Shown here piece by piece: positions 19,307 to 28,461 of a DNA stretch of 32,000 bases. Position numbers and translations under genes: made by a program. The notes below the pieces were generated by a model, which ran no database searches, was not told where the DNA came from, and was given only the letters and a program-made list of their open reading frames with translations. Positions within the stretch are counted from its first letter, which is position 1, and each line of letters opens with the position of its first letter. This DNA comes from Zymomonas mobilis subsp. mobilis ATCC 10988 (GTDB lineage Bacteria; Pseudomonadota; Alphaproteobacteria; Sphingomonadales; Sphingomonadaceae), in NCBI RefSeq assembly GCF_000175255.2, contig NC_017262.1:690001-722000 (forward strand). The letters run 5' to 3'.

Positions 19307-19719
19307 AGAAAATCTTCTGTATCTACAATGGCTAATTTTATTATTAGAATGTAGACTGTTGTACATTTAAAATATTTTATAAATACTAAATAAAATCTGC
19401 ATTTTATATATTTATGACATATAAATTTATCACGAGAATTTTTGAAATTACATTTTTAAAACAAATATTTAAGACTCTTATTTATTTAGGACGAGCAATC
19501 GTAAATATTACAAACAGAAATAAAATATTTAAATTTTTAAAAAATAAGACTTGTCACTAAATTTAGCTTTCATAAAAATTTTATCCAACAGGTCTTCATT
19601 TTTACTTTGGATACCAGAAGATAATAGCAACCATTCTTCTGCTCACTGAATGCCTCAAATGAACAGAAATATGGACATGCCCATCCACTATCATATCTTG
19701 ACCAAGGAATACGGATAGA
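19307..19719. promoter_or_regulatory. Very AT-rich divergent intergenic region (cas operon promoter side and nitroreductase promoter side)
   Basis: About 400 bp between the minus-strand cas1 and the plus-strand nitroreductase gene. Long A/T runs and no CRISPR repeats. No specific boxes are claimed. Confidence 0.4.
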
Positions 19720-20343
19720 ATGTCTCGCGCCCCTCATTCCGCCTCAAATATTCCCCAACCCCGCATTGCAGATTACCCAATTGATCCTGTTTTTCTGAAA
19801 CGTTGGTCGCCCTTGTCTTTTTCCTCAGAGGAAATATCCAAAGACCAACTCTATTCCTTACTAGAAGCTGCGCGTTGGACGCCTTCCGCCTATAACTCAC
19901 AACCTTGGCGTTTCGTCTATGCTATGCGGGACTCGGCGATCTGGTCGGGCTTTATCGATTTACTAATGGAAGGGAATCGCGGTTGGGCAAAACAGGCAGC
20001 GGCTATCATTTTCATTATTTCAAAAACAACGCTTTTATCTCCCATCAGCAATACAGAAAAAGACGCTCCAAGTCATAGTTTTGATGCTGGCGCCGCATGG
20101 ATGGCAATGGCACTTCAGGCGACTCGAATGGGTCTCGCCACGCGCCCAATGACAGGGGTATATTTTGATAAGGCGCGGCAGCTTTTAAAAGTGCCTCAAA
20201 ATTATCATATTGATGCCGCGATTGCAGTCGGTCATCCAGACACCCAAAGCGCACCAGAAGAATCACATAGCCGTCGTCTAAAATTTTCAAATATGCGCCA
20301 CTCTATCCATGATATGAGTAGAGAAGGTTATTTTAAATTTTAG
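19720..20343 (+). CDS. Nitroreductase-family flavoprotein
   Basis: 207 aa with RWSPLSF...LLEAARWTPSAYNSQPWRF, typical of the nitroreductase fold. An AAGGA ribosome-binding site lies upstream. Confidence 0.75.
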   Translation: MSRAPHSASNIPQPRIADYPIDPVFLKRWSPLSFSSEEISKDQLYSLLEAARWTPSAYNSQPWRFVYAMRDSAIWSGFIDLLMEGNRGWAKQAAAIIFIISKTTLLSPISNTEKDAPSHSFDAGAAWMAMALQATRMGLATRPMTGVYFDKARQLLKVPQNYHIDAAIAVGHPDTQSAPEESHSRRLKFSNMRHSIHDMSREGYFKF

Positions 20344-20475
20344 TAAGATTTTTCTTCAGAAAAGTTATCTTTTCCTGTCCTAAATTCTAATTTACGGTAT
20401 TTTCTATTCAAATGCTTGCGCTCTTATGTTGGTTCCGGCATGGCCTTTACACATATTAGGTAGAAGGAGTGCCCC

Positions 20476-21525
20476 ATGCGCATTGCATTGTTGGCCGGAG
20501 ATGGAATCGGCCCTGAAATTACAGCTGAAGCCGTCAAAATCTTAAAGGCGGTTGTCAGTCAGGAAATCGAATTTGACGAAGCTTTGATCGGCGGCGCAGC
20601 ATGGAAAGTAACGGGAAGCCCGTTACCGGAAGAAACCCTGAAATTATGCAAAAATAGTGATGCAATCCTGTTTGGTTCAGTCGGTGACCCAGAATGCGAT
20701 CATCTTGAACGCGCTTTACGTCCAGAACAGGCTATTTTAGGTCTTAGAAAAGAACTGGATTTATTTGCCAATTTGAGACCTGCGCGTTTATTCCCTGAAT
20801 TACAGGCAGAATCACCTTTAAAAGAAAATATCGTCACCGGCACCGATCTTATGATCGTTCGTGAATTAACGGGTGATGTCTATTTCGGCACGCCCCGTGG
20901 CCAACGCAAAGATGATCAGAATCGCCGTGAAGGTTTTGACACGATGCGCTATAATGAAGATGAAGTAAAACGCATCGCTCGCATTGGTTTTGAAACAGCA
21001 CGCTCCCGCAGCGGTAACCTCTGTTCGATTGACAAGTCGAATGTTCTCGAAACCTCGCAGTTATGGCGGACTGTTGTGCTGGAAATCGCTCAGGAATATC
21101 CTGATGTTGAACTCAGCCATATGTATGTTGATAATGCAGCGATGCAGCTTGTTCGCGCACCAGATCAGTTTGATGTTATTGTTACCGGTAATCTCTTTGG
21201 CGACATTCTTTCTGACCTGGCCTCAGCTTGCGTCGGCTCAATCGGCTTATTGCCCTCCGCTTCACTTAATAGCGAAGGTAAAGGCCTCTACGAACCGATT
21301 CACGGCTCTGCTCCTGATATTGCCGGACTGGGTAAAGCCAATCCACTGGCAACGATTCTGTCCGGTGCTATGATGCTGCGCTACAGCCTGAAGCGTGAAG
21401 CAGACGCTGATCGCATCGAAAAAGCTGTTTCGACAGCTCTTGAAAAAGGCGCTCGTACGGCTGACCTTGGTGGTAAAATGACTACCTCTGAAATGGGAAA
21501 TGCTGTTTTAGCGGCTCTTAACTGA
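20476..21525 (+). CDS. leuB: 3-isopropylmalate dehydrogenase
   Basis: 349 aa with [31 protein letters not shown] and HGSAPDIAG motifs. A GAAGGAG ribosome-binding site is present. Confidence 0.93.
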   Translation: MRIALLAGDGIGPEITAEAVKILKAVVSQEIEFDEALIGGAAWKVTGSPLPEETLKLCKNSDAILFGSVGDPECDHLERALRPEQAILGLRKELDLFANLRPARLFPELQAESPLKENIVTGTDLMIVRELTGDVYFGTPRGQRKDDQNRREGFDTMRYNEDEVKRIARIGFETARSRSGNLCSIDKSNVLETSQLWRTVVLEIAQEYPDVELSHMYVDNAAMQLVRAPDQFDVIVTGNLFGDILSDLASACVGSIGLLPSASLNSEGKGLYEPIHGSAPDIAGLGKANPLATILSGAMMLRYSLKREADADRIEKAVSTALEKGARTADLGGKMTTSEMGNAVLAALN

Positions 21526-21591
21526 TCCACCTGTATCTTCTATAGGTATTTAAGCAGCGCTTTTCTCATTTTATAGAAACAGGAAAAAATT

Positions 21592-22800
21592 ATGAAACGG
21601 CATACCGGACTTGACCGGAATATAACCCGTAAATGGCGTCCGGCAACGCAAGCGATCAGAGGCGGTCTTGTTCGTTCGGAGTTTGGGGAAACGAGCGAAG
21701 CTCTTTTCCTGACTTCCGGCTATTCCTACGAACGGGCGGAAGACGCAGCAGAACGTTTCGCAGGCGAGCAAGAGGGTATGATTTACTCTCGTATGCAAAG
21801 CCCAACGGTCATGATGCTGGAAGAAAAGCTGGCCTTAATAGAAGGTGCAGAAACTTCTCGCACGATGTCTACTGGCATGGCTGCAATGACTTCAGTTCTG
21901 TTGTCAGCGCTTTCAGCCGGTGATCATTTTGTCATCGGACGAGTGGCTTTTGGATCATGCCGCTGGCTTTCAGATTCGTTGCTCCCTCGTTTCGGGATTA
22001 CAGCGACGGTTGTCGATGGCGCTGATGTCCAGCAATGGAAAGACGCGATCCAGCCCAACACCAAGCTGTTCTTCTTTGAAACGCCGACCAATCCTACTCT
22101 GGAACTGGTGGATATCGAAGCCGTCTGTAATATTGCTAAAGAAGCAGGTATCCTGACGGTTGTCGACAATGCCTTTTGTACGCCTGTTATCCAAAAGCCG
22201 ATGGATTTCGGGGTAGACGTTGTTGCCTATTCAGCCACCAAGATGATGGATGGTCAGGGTCGTGTTCTGGCAGGTTCTGTTGCCGGTAGTAACAAATTTG
22301 TCAACGAGACATTGCTGCCTTTCATTCGCAACACTGGCCCCAACTTATCCCCATTCAATGCATGGGTTGTGATGAAAGGACTGGAAACGCTTGAATTGCG
22401 CAGCATTCGCCAAAGCGAAAATGCACAAATTCTGGCAGAATTTCTTGAAAAACGGATTCCTCGTGTTTCCTATCCGGGTCTGAAATCACATCCGCAATAT
22501 GCGCTTGCGAAGAAGCAGATGAAGACCGGCGGAACCGTTCTTGCGTTGTTCTTGGGTAAAGATCGCCAACAGGCACTATCCTTACTCAACAATTTGGAAC
22601 TGATTGATATCTCTAATAATCTTGGCGATACACGTTCTTTAATGACGCATCCTTGTTCAACAACCCACAGCGGCGTTGCTGAAAAAGAGCGTTTGGCTAT
22701 GGGTATCACCGAGGATATGTTACGCTTTAGTGTAGGCCTCGAAGATGTCGAAGATCTCAAGGAAGATCTCGATCAGGCGCTTCGGAAAATCGGCTTATAA
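21592..22800 (+). CDS. metZ: O-succinylhomoserine sulfhydrylase / Cys-Met-metabolism PLP enzyme (MetZ-like)
   Basis: 402 aa with a MetZ-type N-terminus (WRPATQAIRGG...ETSEALFLTSGY) and the PLP-lysine motif YSATKMMDGQGR. Confidence 0.78.
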   Translation: MKRHTGLDRNITRKWRPATQAIRGGLVRSEFGETSEALFLTSGYSYERAEDAAERFAGEQEGMIYSRMQSPTVMMLEEKLALIEGAETSRTMSTGMAAMTSVLLSALSAGDHFVIGRVAFGSCRWLSDSLLPRFGITATVVDGADVQQWKDAIQPNTKLFFFETPTNPTLELVDIEAVCNIAKEAGILTVVDNAFCTPVIQKPMDFGVDVVAYSATKMMDGQGRVLAGSVAGSNKFVNETLLPFIRNTGPNLSPFNAWVVMKGLETLELRSIRQSENAQILAEFLEKRIPRVSYPGLKSHPQYALAKKQMKTGGTVLALFLGKDRQQALSLLNNLELIDISNNLGDTRSLMTHPCSTTHSGVAEKERLAMGITEDMLRFSVGLEDVEDLKEDLDQALRKIGL

Positions 22801-22866
22801 TTCGCTAGCAAGCGTCTATTGTTAGAGTAAAAGAAGGGTAGATATGTCAGCAAAGGAATATGGGTT

Positions 22867-23676
22867 ATGAAGCGGACACATCTACCCTTTAATGGTTTAC
22901 GGGTTATGGATGCGGCAGCCCGCCACTTATCTTTTACCCGCGCAGCTGATGAATTGGCTGTAACACCGGCCGCAGTCGGGCAGCAAATTCGGGCATTAGA
23001 AGATACTCTGGGTGTTGTTCTTTTTCGGCGTAATGCGAAAGGGCTAGAACTCACTCCCGAAGCATTGGCTGGACTAGATGCATTAAGAGAAGGCTTCTTA
23101 AAATTCGAAGAAGCCGTGCAACGAATGCAGGCAGGGCAATCCTCGAAAAGGCTGACTATTGCTGCACCACGCGATTTTACTGAATCATGGCTTTTGTCAA
23201 AATTAGCTCAATATCATCAGCAAAATCGTGATATCCAATTCACACTTTTAGCAATTGAGAATGATCTGGACTTTACACAGGCTAATTTGGATGTTGCTAT
23301 AAATTATACCGATGATCCGGGTAATCATGAAGCCATTACCCTTAGTGATGGCCTGATGGTGACCGTTGGCCTGCCCGATTCTCCAGAGGTCTTTATCGGT
23401 TGGCCAAATGCCGAGTATGAAGCAGATATACCCATCATTTTACATGTTGCTCACGCAGGCCTTGCCATCACCGCTGCCTTAAATGGATTGGGGCGCTGTC
23501 GAGTGCCGCTTATTTTAGCCAAGAAGCTAATCGAAAATAAAGAATTGCAACAATTTGGGTCTATTACCGAAAGCGAAATGCAATATTGGCTTATGGCACC
23601 TTTACCCCAATGGCGGCAAAAAAAGGTCAAAGCCTTGACCGCTGCCATTACCGCTGATTTAGAAAGTGAAGTATAA
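22867..23676 (+). CDS. LysR-family transcriptional regulator (GcvA-like subgroup)
   Basis: N-terminal wHTH LRVMDAAARHLSFTRAADELAVTPAAVGQQIRALEDTLGVVLFRR, 269 aa. Confidence 0.8.
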   Translation: MKRTHLPFNGLRVMDAAARHLSFTRAADELAVTPAAVGQQIRALEDTLGVVLFRRNAKGLELTPEALAGLDALREGFLKFEEAVQRMQAGQSSKRLTIAAPRDFTESWLLSKLAQYHQQNRDIQFTLLAIENDLDFTQANLDVAINYTDDPGNHEAITLSDGLMVTVGLPDSPEVFIGWPNAEYEADIPIILHVAHAGLAITAALNGLGRCRVPLILAKKLIENKELQQFGSITESEMQYWLMAPLPQWRQKKVKALTAAITADLESEV

Positions 23677-24201
23677 TTATCTGATAGGTGTACCACCCGC
23701 CGCACATTCAGGATGAACCGCATTTTCTGGGCTTTCTGTAAGCTGGATAATCATGACCTTAGCAGGCTGTTTCCCCAGACTTCCCGAGATATGCCCTTCT
23801 TTCCCGTTAACCATTTGGGCTAATTGATCGCCACCAAAAGACATTTCTCCAGCACTCATTTTAACGGTTTTCCCGTCAGTAGTTTTGACAAACCAGCGGC
23901 CAGAAAGGGGAATAATCCACTGAGGTTCTGGATTTTTATGCCAATTTCCGATCCAACCTACAGGCATGATATTAAAGACATATCGCTTTGTCGCATGATC
24001 GTGCTGCGATACCCATTCAGGATGGTCAGTATGCGCAAAATCCTGCAAAGCCAGATTACGAAGCGCGCAATGCGTTTGATGGGTCACACCTTGTGCATCA
24101 GCCCAAACACTCCAGTAAGGAATACTCGGCGATGACTTTACGGCTTGGGCTTGAAAGTTAACAGCCGCCAAACAACAAAAGGCTAAAGCCGTATATTTCA
24201 T
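23677..24201 (-). CDS. Secreted cupin-like protein of unknown function
   Basis: 174 aa with a signal peptide (MKYTALAFCCLAAVNFQAQA). The beta-rich C-terminal part resembles a cupin barrel. The functional call is weak. Confidence 0.45.
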   Translation of the reverse strand: MKYTALAFCCLAAVNFQAQAVKSSPSIPYWSVWADAQGVTHQTHCALRNLALQDFAHTDHPEWVSQHDHATKRYVFNIMPVGWIGNWHKNPEPQWIIPLSGRWFVKTTDGKTVKMSAGEMSFGGDQLAQMVNGKEGHISGSLGKQPAKVMIIQLTESPENAVHPECAAGGTPIR

Positions 24202-24238
24202 TTCTAATGCCTTCTTTCGCGTTACTTTCTAAAAATAC

Positions 24239-25003
24239 TCATGAGAAAGAGGCTTGTTCACAAGCCATCATAAAATTTTTAATCAGCCGCTGCCTTACCC
24301 AAAAAAAACGATGATAATAAGCCGCTTCAAAATGAAAGCGTAAAAAGAAACCACTTAATTTCAGTCCTTGTTGCAAGGATTCTTGGTCAGGTAAATCAAG
24401 ACAAGACACAGAAAAAGGTGCTTTTAAAAAGTCCGGTAGAACTAATAATTTTTTCTCATGACCTTGGGCAGCCTGTCGACTGACTGCCGCATGATGTTTT
24501 GGACTTACCCAGTCCAGACAGGCTTCTTGTCCGGTTATGATGCAACGGGATAAATGTAGACCATATCCCAATTCTGATAATAGCAATAATTCAAAACGAA
24601 CCAGCTCAGTCATCCATAAGACAGGCTCATCCGTTTTTTCTATAATAGCCAATAACCTTTTCAGATTTTGGAACAGATAAGGTTCTGGTTGACCTTCTGG
24701 CAGGACGGAGGCGGTAAATGGACATATCCAGCTTAAAAAAAGAGCCGCTAAGGGGTGCTCCATTATAAGCCCTCGGCTATGCCGTAATTCTATATTGATA
24801 GAAGGCAAAGAACGTCCGACTTTATCACGCCAACTTGCCTGAACATAATTACCCACAAACAACAAAGGGCGACGGTAACGAGAATGTGCGCCTTGTATAT
24901 ATCCTGTCAGAAGACCTTGTTCAGTCAACAGTCTGATAATAGCGCCATTTTCGCTGTGGAAGCGGCTCGTTAAAAGTAAGGCAGGCTCAGAGATCATTTT
25001 CAT
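24239..25003 (-). CDS. recO: DNA repair protein RecO
   Basis: RecO-like pattern, including the C-terminal zinc-finger-like region (LSRCIITGQEACLDWVSPKHHAAVS) and LLVLPDFL. The start is ambiguous between TTG 25012, ATG 25003 and ATG 24997. Confidence 0.78.
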   Translation of the reverse strand: MKMISEPALLLTSRFHSENGAIIRLLTEQGLLTGYIQGAHSRYRRPLLFVGNYVQASWRDKVGRSLPSINIELRHSRGLIMEHPLAALFLSWICPFTASVLPEGQPEPYLFQNLKRLLAIIEKTDEPVLWMTELVRFELLLLSELGYGLHLSRCIITGQEACLDWVSPKHHAAVSRQAAQGHEKKLLVLPDFLKAPFSVSCLDLPDQESLQQGLKLSGFFLRFHFEAAYYHRFFWVRQRLIKNFMMACEQASFS

Positions 25004-25038
25004 TCCGCGCAAACTCTCATAAAATTTTCTCCAATTAT

Positions 25039-26988
25039 TTACGCGGGACTACGATGAAAAAAGTCGTAAATTTGTCGAGCTATTGCCGAGGAAATCCCAT
25101 TTACTTTCTCTAGTTCAGAAAGCGATGCATTTTTCACATCACGTGCTGTTCCGAAATGTAATAGCAAAGCCTTCTTCCGACTTGGGCCAATACCCGGCAC
25201 CTCATCTAAAGGACTAGAGGTCAGATTTTTGGCTCTTTTGGCGCGATGGGTTCCAATAGCAAAACGATGCGCCTCGTCTCGCAATCTTTGAAGGTAGAAA
25301 AGCAACCCACTATTTGGCGGTAAAGCATATTCACTGCCATCAACTAAATGGAAATGCTCCCGTCCCGCATTACGATCGGGGCCTTTTGAAATACCGACAA
25401 TAGCAATGTCTGAAATGCCTTGTTTAGCCAGAATGTCTTTTACAGCATGGACTTGTCCTTTTCCTCCATCAATCAATAGAAGATCCGGCCATTCGCTGCT
25501 TGAATGATCTGGGTCACTTCGCTCCAACCGCGAAAAGCGACGCGTCAAAACTTCTCGCATCATTTCAAAATCATCACCTGGGTTGATGCTAGGTGATTTG
25601 ATATTGAATTTACGATAGCTATTACGACGAAAACCTTCAGGGCCAGCGACAATCATGCCACCAACCATATTGCTGCCCATTATATGGCTATTGTCATACA
25701 CCTCGATTCTGTCTGGGATTTTATCCAAATGGAATAGGTTGACCATTTCCTTTAATAACTGTTTCTGAGTAGACGCTTCGGCTAAACGTCGATCAATAGC
25801 TTCTTTCGCATTCCGTACAGCCTGATCTACCAGCTTTTTCAAGTCCCCTCTTTGTGGCTGGTAAAATCTCACTCGATAGTCGCGTTGCGATGACAAAGCG
25901 TCTTCTAAGACATTTTTATCACTAGGGAGATAATTGGTCAGAATATCTTTCGGCGCAATTTTATCCTCATAAAATTGCCCTAAAAAACTTTGCATGACAT
26001 CTTCTAAAGGCTGTTCATCAATATGATTTAAGTAATAGGCATGATGTCCCCAATTCTGTCGATTACGAATAAAGAACACCTGGATACAAGCGAGCCCTGC
26101 TCGACATTCTATGCCGAATATATCTGCATTTCTTAAATTGCCGCTGTTAATCGACTGGTGGCTTTGAATAAAGGCTAAAGCCTTTAAACGATCTCGATAA
26201 ACCGCTGCCAGCTCATAATTCAAATCATTTGAAGCCTGCTCCATAGCTGTTACCAGCTTTTTCTGGACATGAGTCGACTTCCCAGACAGAAAATCACGCG
26301 TATCTACAGCAAGATCACGGTAATCATCTTCAGAAATCCGACCGACACAAGGCGCTGAACATCTTTTTATCTGATACAGCAAGCAAGGGCGCTTACGATT
26401 GCGGAAGAAGCTATCAGAGCAGGATCTCAATAAGAATAGCTTTTGCAAGCTATTCAGAGTCAAGGTAACCGAATCCGCACTTGCAAACGGGCCATAATAT
26501 TTCCCCTTGGCACGCTTTACGCCACGATGCCTTTGAAGCGAAGGGAATTGCGGGAAAGTGCCATCCTCTTTTAATAAAATATAGGGAAAACTTTTATCGT
26601 CTCGTAATAGAATATTATAAGGTGGCCGATAACGCTTGATAAGCTGCGCTTCTAATAACAAGGCTTCGGATTCGGTTACCGTTGTTACAATCGTCATGCT
26701 GCGCGTTTGCGAAACCATGCGCTGAATACGACGCGATAACCCTGATATCTGGGTGTAATTAGCAACGCGATTTCTTAAGGCACGCGCTTTCCCGACATAA
26801 AGGATGTTTCCCTTACTGTCATACATCCGATAAACCCCGGGGCGTAGTGGTAATGTCTTTAAAACATTGCCGATTGCCGCAACGCCTTTTTCAAGGTCTG
26901 GATGATCGGTTCCTTTAAAAACGTCCAAAGTTTGTTTTTCGCTGAAACGATCTGTTTCTTGGGATTCGTTATTCAGATCGTGCCTCAT
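25039..26988 (-). CDS. uvrC: Excinuclease ABC subunit C
   Basis: GIY-YIG domain (PGVYRMYDSKGNILYVGKARALRNRV), a UVR domain, an endonuclease V-like domain and a C-terminal (HhH)2 (VPGIGPSRKKALLLHFG). The start is ambiguous: ATG 26988 is favoured, and ATG 27033 or TTG 27042 are possible. Confidence 0.9.
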   Translation of the reverse strand: MRHDLNNESQETDRFSEKQTLDVFKGTDHPDLEKGVAAIGNVLKTLPLRPGVYRMYDSKGNILYVGKARALRNRVANYTQISGLSRRIQRMVSQTRSMTIVTTVTESEALLLEAQLIKRYRPPYNILLRDDKSFPYILLKEDGTFPQFPSLQRHRGVKRAKGKYYGPFASADSVTLTLNSLQKLFLLRSCSDSFFRNRKRPCLLYQIKRCSAPCVGRISEDDYRDLAVDTRDFLSGKSTHVQKKLVTAMEQASNDLNYELAAVYRDRLKALAFIQSHQSINSGNLRNADIFGIECRAGLACIQVFFIRNRQNWGHHAYYLNHIDEQPLEDVMQSFLGQFYEDKIAPKDILTNYLPSDKNVLEDALSSQRDYRVRFYQPQRGDLKKLVDQAVRNAKEAIDRRLAEASTQKQLLKEMVNLFHLDKIPDRIEVYDNSHIMGSNMVGGMIVAGPEGFRRNSYRKFNIKSPSINPGDDFEMMREVLTRRFSRLERSDPDHSSSEWPDLLLIDGGKGQVHAVKDILAKQGISDIAIVGISKGPDRNAGREHFHLVDGSEYALPPNSGLLFYLQRLRDEAHRFAIGTHRAKRAKNLTSSPLDEVPGIGPSRKKALLLHFGTARDVKNASLSELEKVNGISSAIARQIYDFFHRSPA

Positions 26989-27131
26989 CCATCTTGTTTT
27001 AAAAAAGCTTTTTAGAACGATCTTTGAAATCATTCCGTCCAAAAAAGAGTTAAGAGGATATGGCTTTAAAACAAGGTTTTTAAATAGTTTTTACAAAAGT
27101 AATCATTTGATTTTGGTCAGTAGAAAACAAC

Positions 27132-27161
27132 AAAAAAGCGCCGTCGCAAAGGCGACGACGC
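27132..27161 (-). terminator. Rho-independent terminator of the F0 atp operon
   Basis: The minus strand reads GCGTCGTCGC-CTTT-GCGACGGCGC (one mismatch) followed by TTTTTT, 27 nt downstream of the atpF stop. Confidence 0.75.
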
Positions 27162-27187
27162 CGATTTGTACAGACATAACAATCCTA

Positions 27188-27826
27188 TCAGTTAAGGCGT
27201 GTGCCTTGCTGCTTCAAAGAATCGATTGTCTGATCTATCAAAACCTTATCATGCGACGCATCATTCTGTTTTTGAATAATCTGGGTCGCCGCCTGAAGCG
27301 CTAATTTGGCAGCAGTTTGCCGAATTTCAGCAACAGCTTCCTGCTCAGCAGCCGCAATCTGTTCGGTCGCCATTTTCTGACGACGTTCTACTAATTGCTG
27401 GGATTGAATCTTGGCATCAGCAATGATGCTGCTTGCATCTTCTTTGGCCCGTTCGATGATCGCTTCAGCTTCACTTGTAGCCTGACGCGTTTTTTCATCA
27501 TACTCGGCCTTCAGGGCTTCAGCTTCCTTGCGCAAGCGTTCAGCATCACCAAGGCGGGTACGAATCTCATCAATCTGTTTATCCAGCCCCGACGTAATAA
27601 TAGACGGAACTTTTTTCCAGACCAGAACGAGTAAAAAGACAATAATGGAGGCAGAAACCCAAGCCGGGCCACTTAATCCAAGAAAAGTCGACTCGTGGGC
27701 TTCCGGTTGAACACCTCCCGGTGCCTCGGTTGTCGCCGTTACCTTCGGCGCCGCAGGCGCGGTCTGAGGCATCGCTTCAGACGTCGCCGGAGAAGCTGGC
27801 GCTGAAGTCTGAGTTGTATTAGCCAT
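27188..27826 (-). CDS. atpF: F0F1 ATP synthase subunit b, with a long N-terminal Ala/Pro/Thr-rich extension
   Basis: 212 aa: about 50 aa of low-complexity N-terminus, one transmembrane helix (WVSASIIVFLLVLVW), then a long charged coiled coil. A GAGGGAG Shine-Dalgarno lies 8 nt before the ATG. Confidence 0.85.
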   Translation of the reverse strand: MANTTQTSAPASPATSEAMPQTAPAAPKVTATTEAPGGVQPEAHESTFLGLSGPAWVSASIIVFLLVLVWKKVPSIITSGLDKQIDEIRTRLGDAERLRKEAEALKAEYDEKTRQATSEAEAIIERAKEDASSIIADAKIQSQQLVERRQKMATEQIAAAEQEAVAEIRQTAAKLALQAATQIIQKQNDASHDKVLIDQTIDSLKQQGTRLN

Positions 27827-27839
27827 TAGGTAATCTCCC

Positions 27840-28340
27840 TCAGACCATATCAGCAGAAATAACTTGTGCTACAGCTTTGGTAATCTGTTCTTTTGGAACA
27901 GAACGGCCAGTGATCTGCTTGACAATATCGTGAGCAATATCACTCGCGATATTCTCAAGATCGGCCATTACCTTCGATTTCTCATCAGCGATCCGCATTC
28001 TGGCAGAATCGATCCGATGGTCATAATCGGCATTGGCCGCAGCATTTTGTTGGGACGCATCCTTCGAGGCTTGTTCTTTAGCAGCCTGCAAACGGGCCTG
28101 TGCTTCGGAACGCACCTTGGCAAGACGCGACTGGCATGCCTCATCCGCTTCTTTCGCTGCTTTGTGGGCAGCTTCCGCAGCAGCAAGATCATCAGAGATT
28201 TTGCTATCGCGGGAATCCATCGTGGATTCGACTTTCACGAGCATGGTCTTGGCAATACCAAAATAGATAATACCAAATACCACAAGCATCCAGAAAACCT
28301 GGGAAGCGTAAGTAGAGGCAAGCTGGGCTATCTGAGGCAT
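27840..28340 (-). CDS. F0F1 ATP synthase subunit b' (second b-type subunit, as in alphaproteobacteria)
   Basis: 166 aa with an N-terminal transmembrane helix (FWMLVVFGIIYFGI) and an Ala/Glu/Lys-rich coiled coil. It lies between atpE and atpF. Confidence 0.8.
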   Translation of the reverse strand: MPQIAQLASTYASQVFWMLVVFGIIYFGIAKTMLVKVESTMDSRDSKISDDLAAAEAAHKAAKEADEACQSRLAKVRSEAQARLQAAKEQASKDASQQNAAANADYDHRIDSARMRIADEKSKVMADLENIASDIAHDIVKQITGRSVPKEQITKAVAQVISADMV

Positions 28341-28411
28341 GATCGCATCCAGACTTTATCTAAGAACAGTTTCAACGCTGTCCTTTAACTGAACTTACTG
28401 TATTTTTCGAA

Positions 28412-28435
28412 CACCGGCTGAAAAAACAGCCGGTG
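28412..28435 (-). other. Intercistronic perfect 9-bp GC-rich hairpin between atpE and the b' gene
   Basis: CACCGGCTG-N6-CAGCCGGTG. No U-run follows on the minus strand, so it is more likely an mRNA stability or processing element than a full terminator. Confidence 0.5.
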
Positions 28436-28461
28436 CGAAAAATACTGCGAAAACCTGAAAA

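Noticed and set aside
19635-19665. The segment TTCTTCTGCTCACTGAATGCCTCAAATGAAC (minus strand GTTCATTTGAGGCATTCAGTGAGCAGAAGAA) upstream of cas1 superficially resembles a degenerate type I-F repeat, with GTTCA at one end and AGAA at the other.
   Set aside because: It is a single copy. By-eye identity to the I-F consensus is only about 16/28 and needs a 3-nt gap. The diagnostic CTGCC...GGCAG stem is absent. This is not enough to call a relic repeat.
20412-20459. A 15-codon mini-ORF (MLALLCWFRHGLYTY) with four Leu codons ends 17 nt before leuB. It could be a leucine leader peptide.
   Set aside because: I could find no terminator/antiterminator hairpin pair or U-tract between it and leuB. The Leu codons are not consecutive as in classical leader peptides. 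There is no Shine-Dalgarno.
21526-21591. I checked the short leuB-metZ spacer for a SAM-II (metA-type) riboswitch, which is common upstream of alphaproteobacterial methionine genes.
   Set aside because: The spacer is only 66 nt. I could not recognise the conserved pseudoknot elements, so a covariance-model scan would be needed. It is not reported as a feature.
27864-28388. A 174-aa plus-strand ORF, with several shorter ones, lies antisense to the ATP synthase b/b' genes. A 105-aa ORF (28433-28750) lies antisense to atpE.
   Set aside because: The sense strands encode clearly recognisable ATP synthase subunits. Ala/Glu/Lys-rich and Gly/Ala-rich coding regions commonly leave long open antisense frames. 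No ribosome-binding site or recognisable domain is present.
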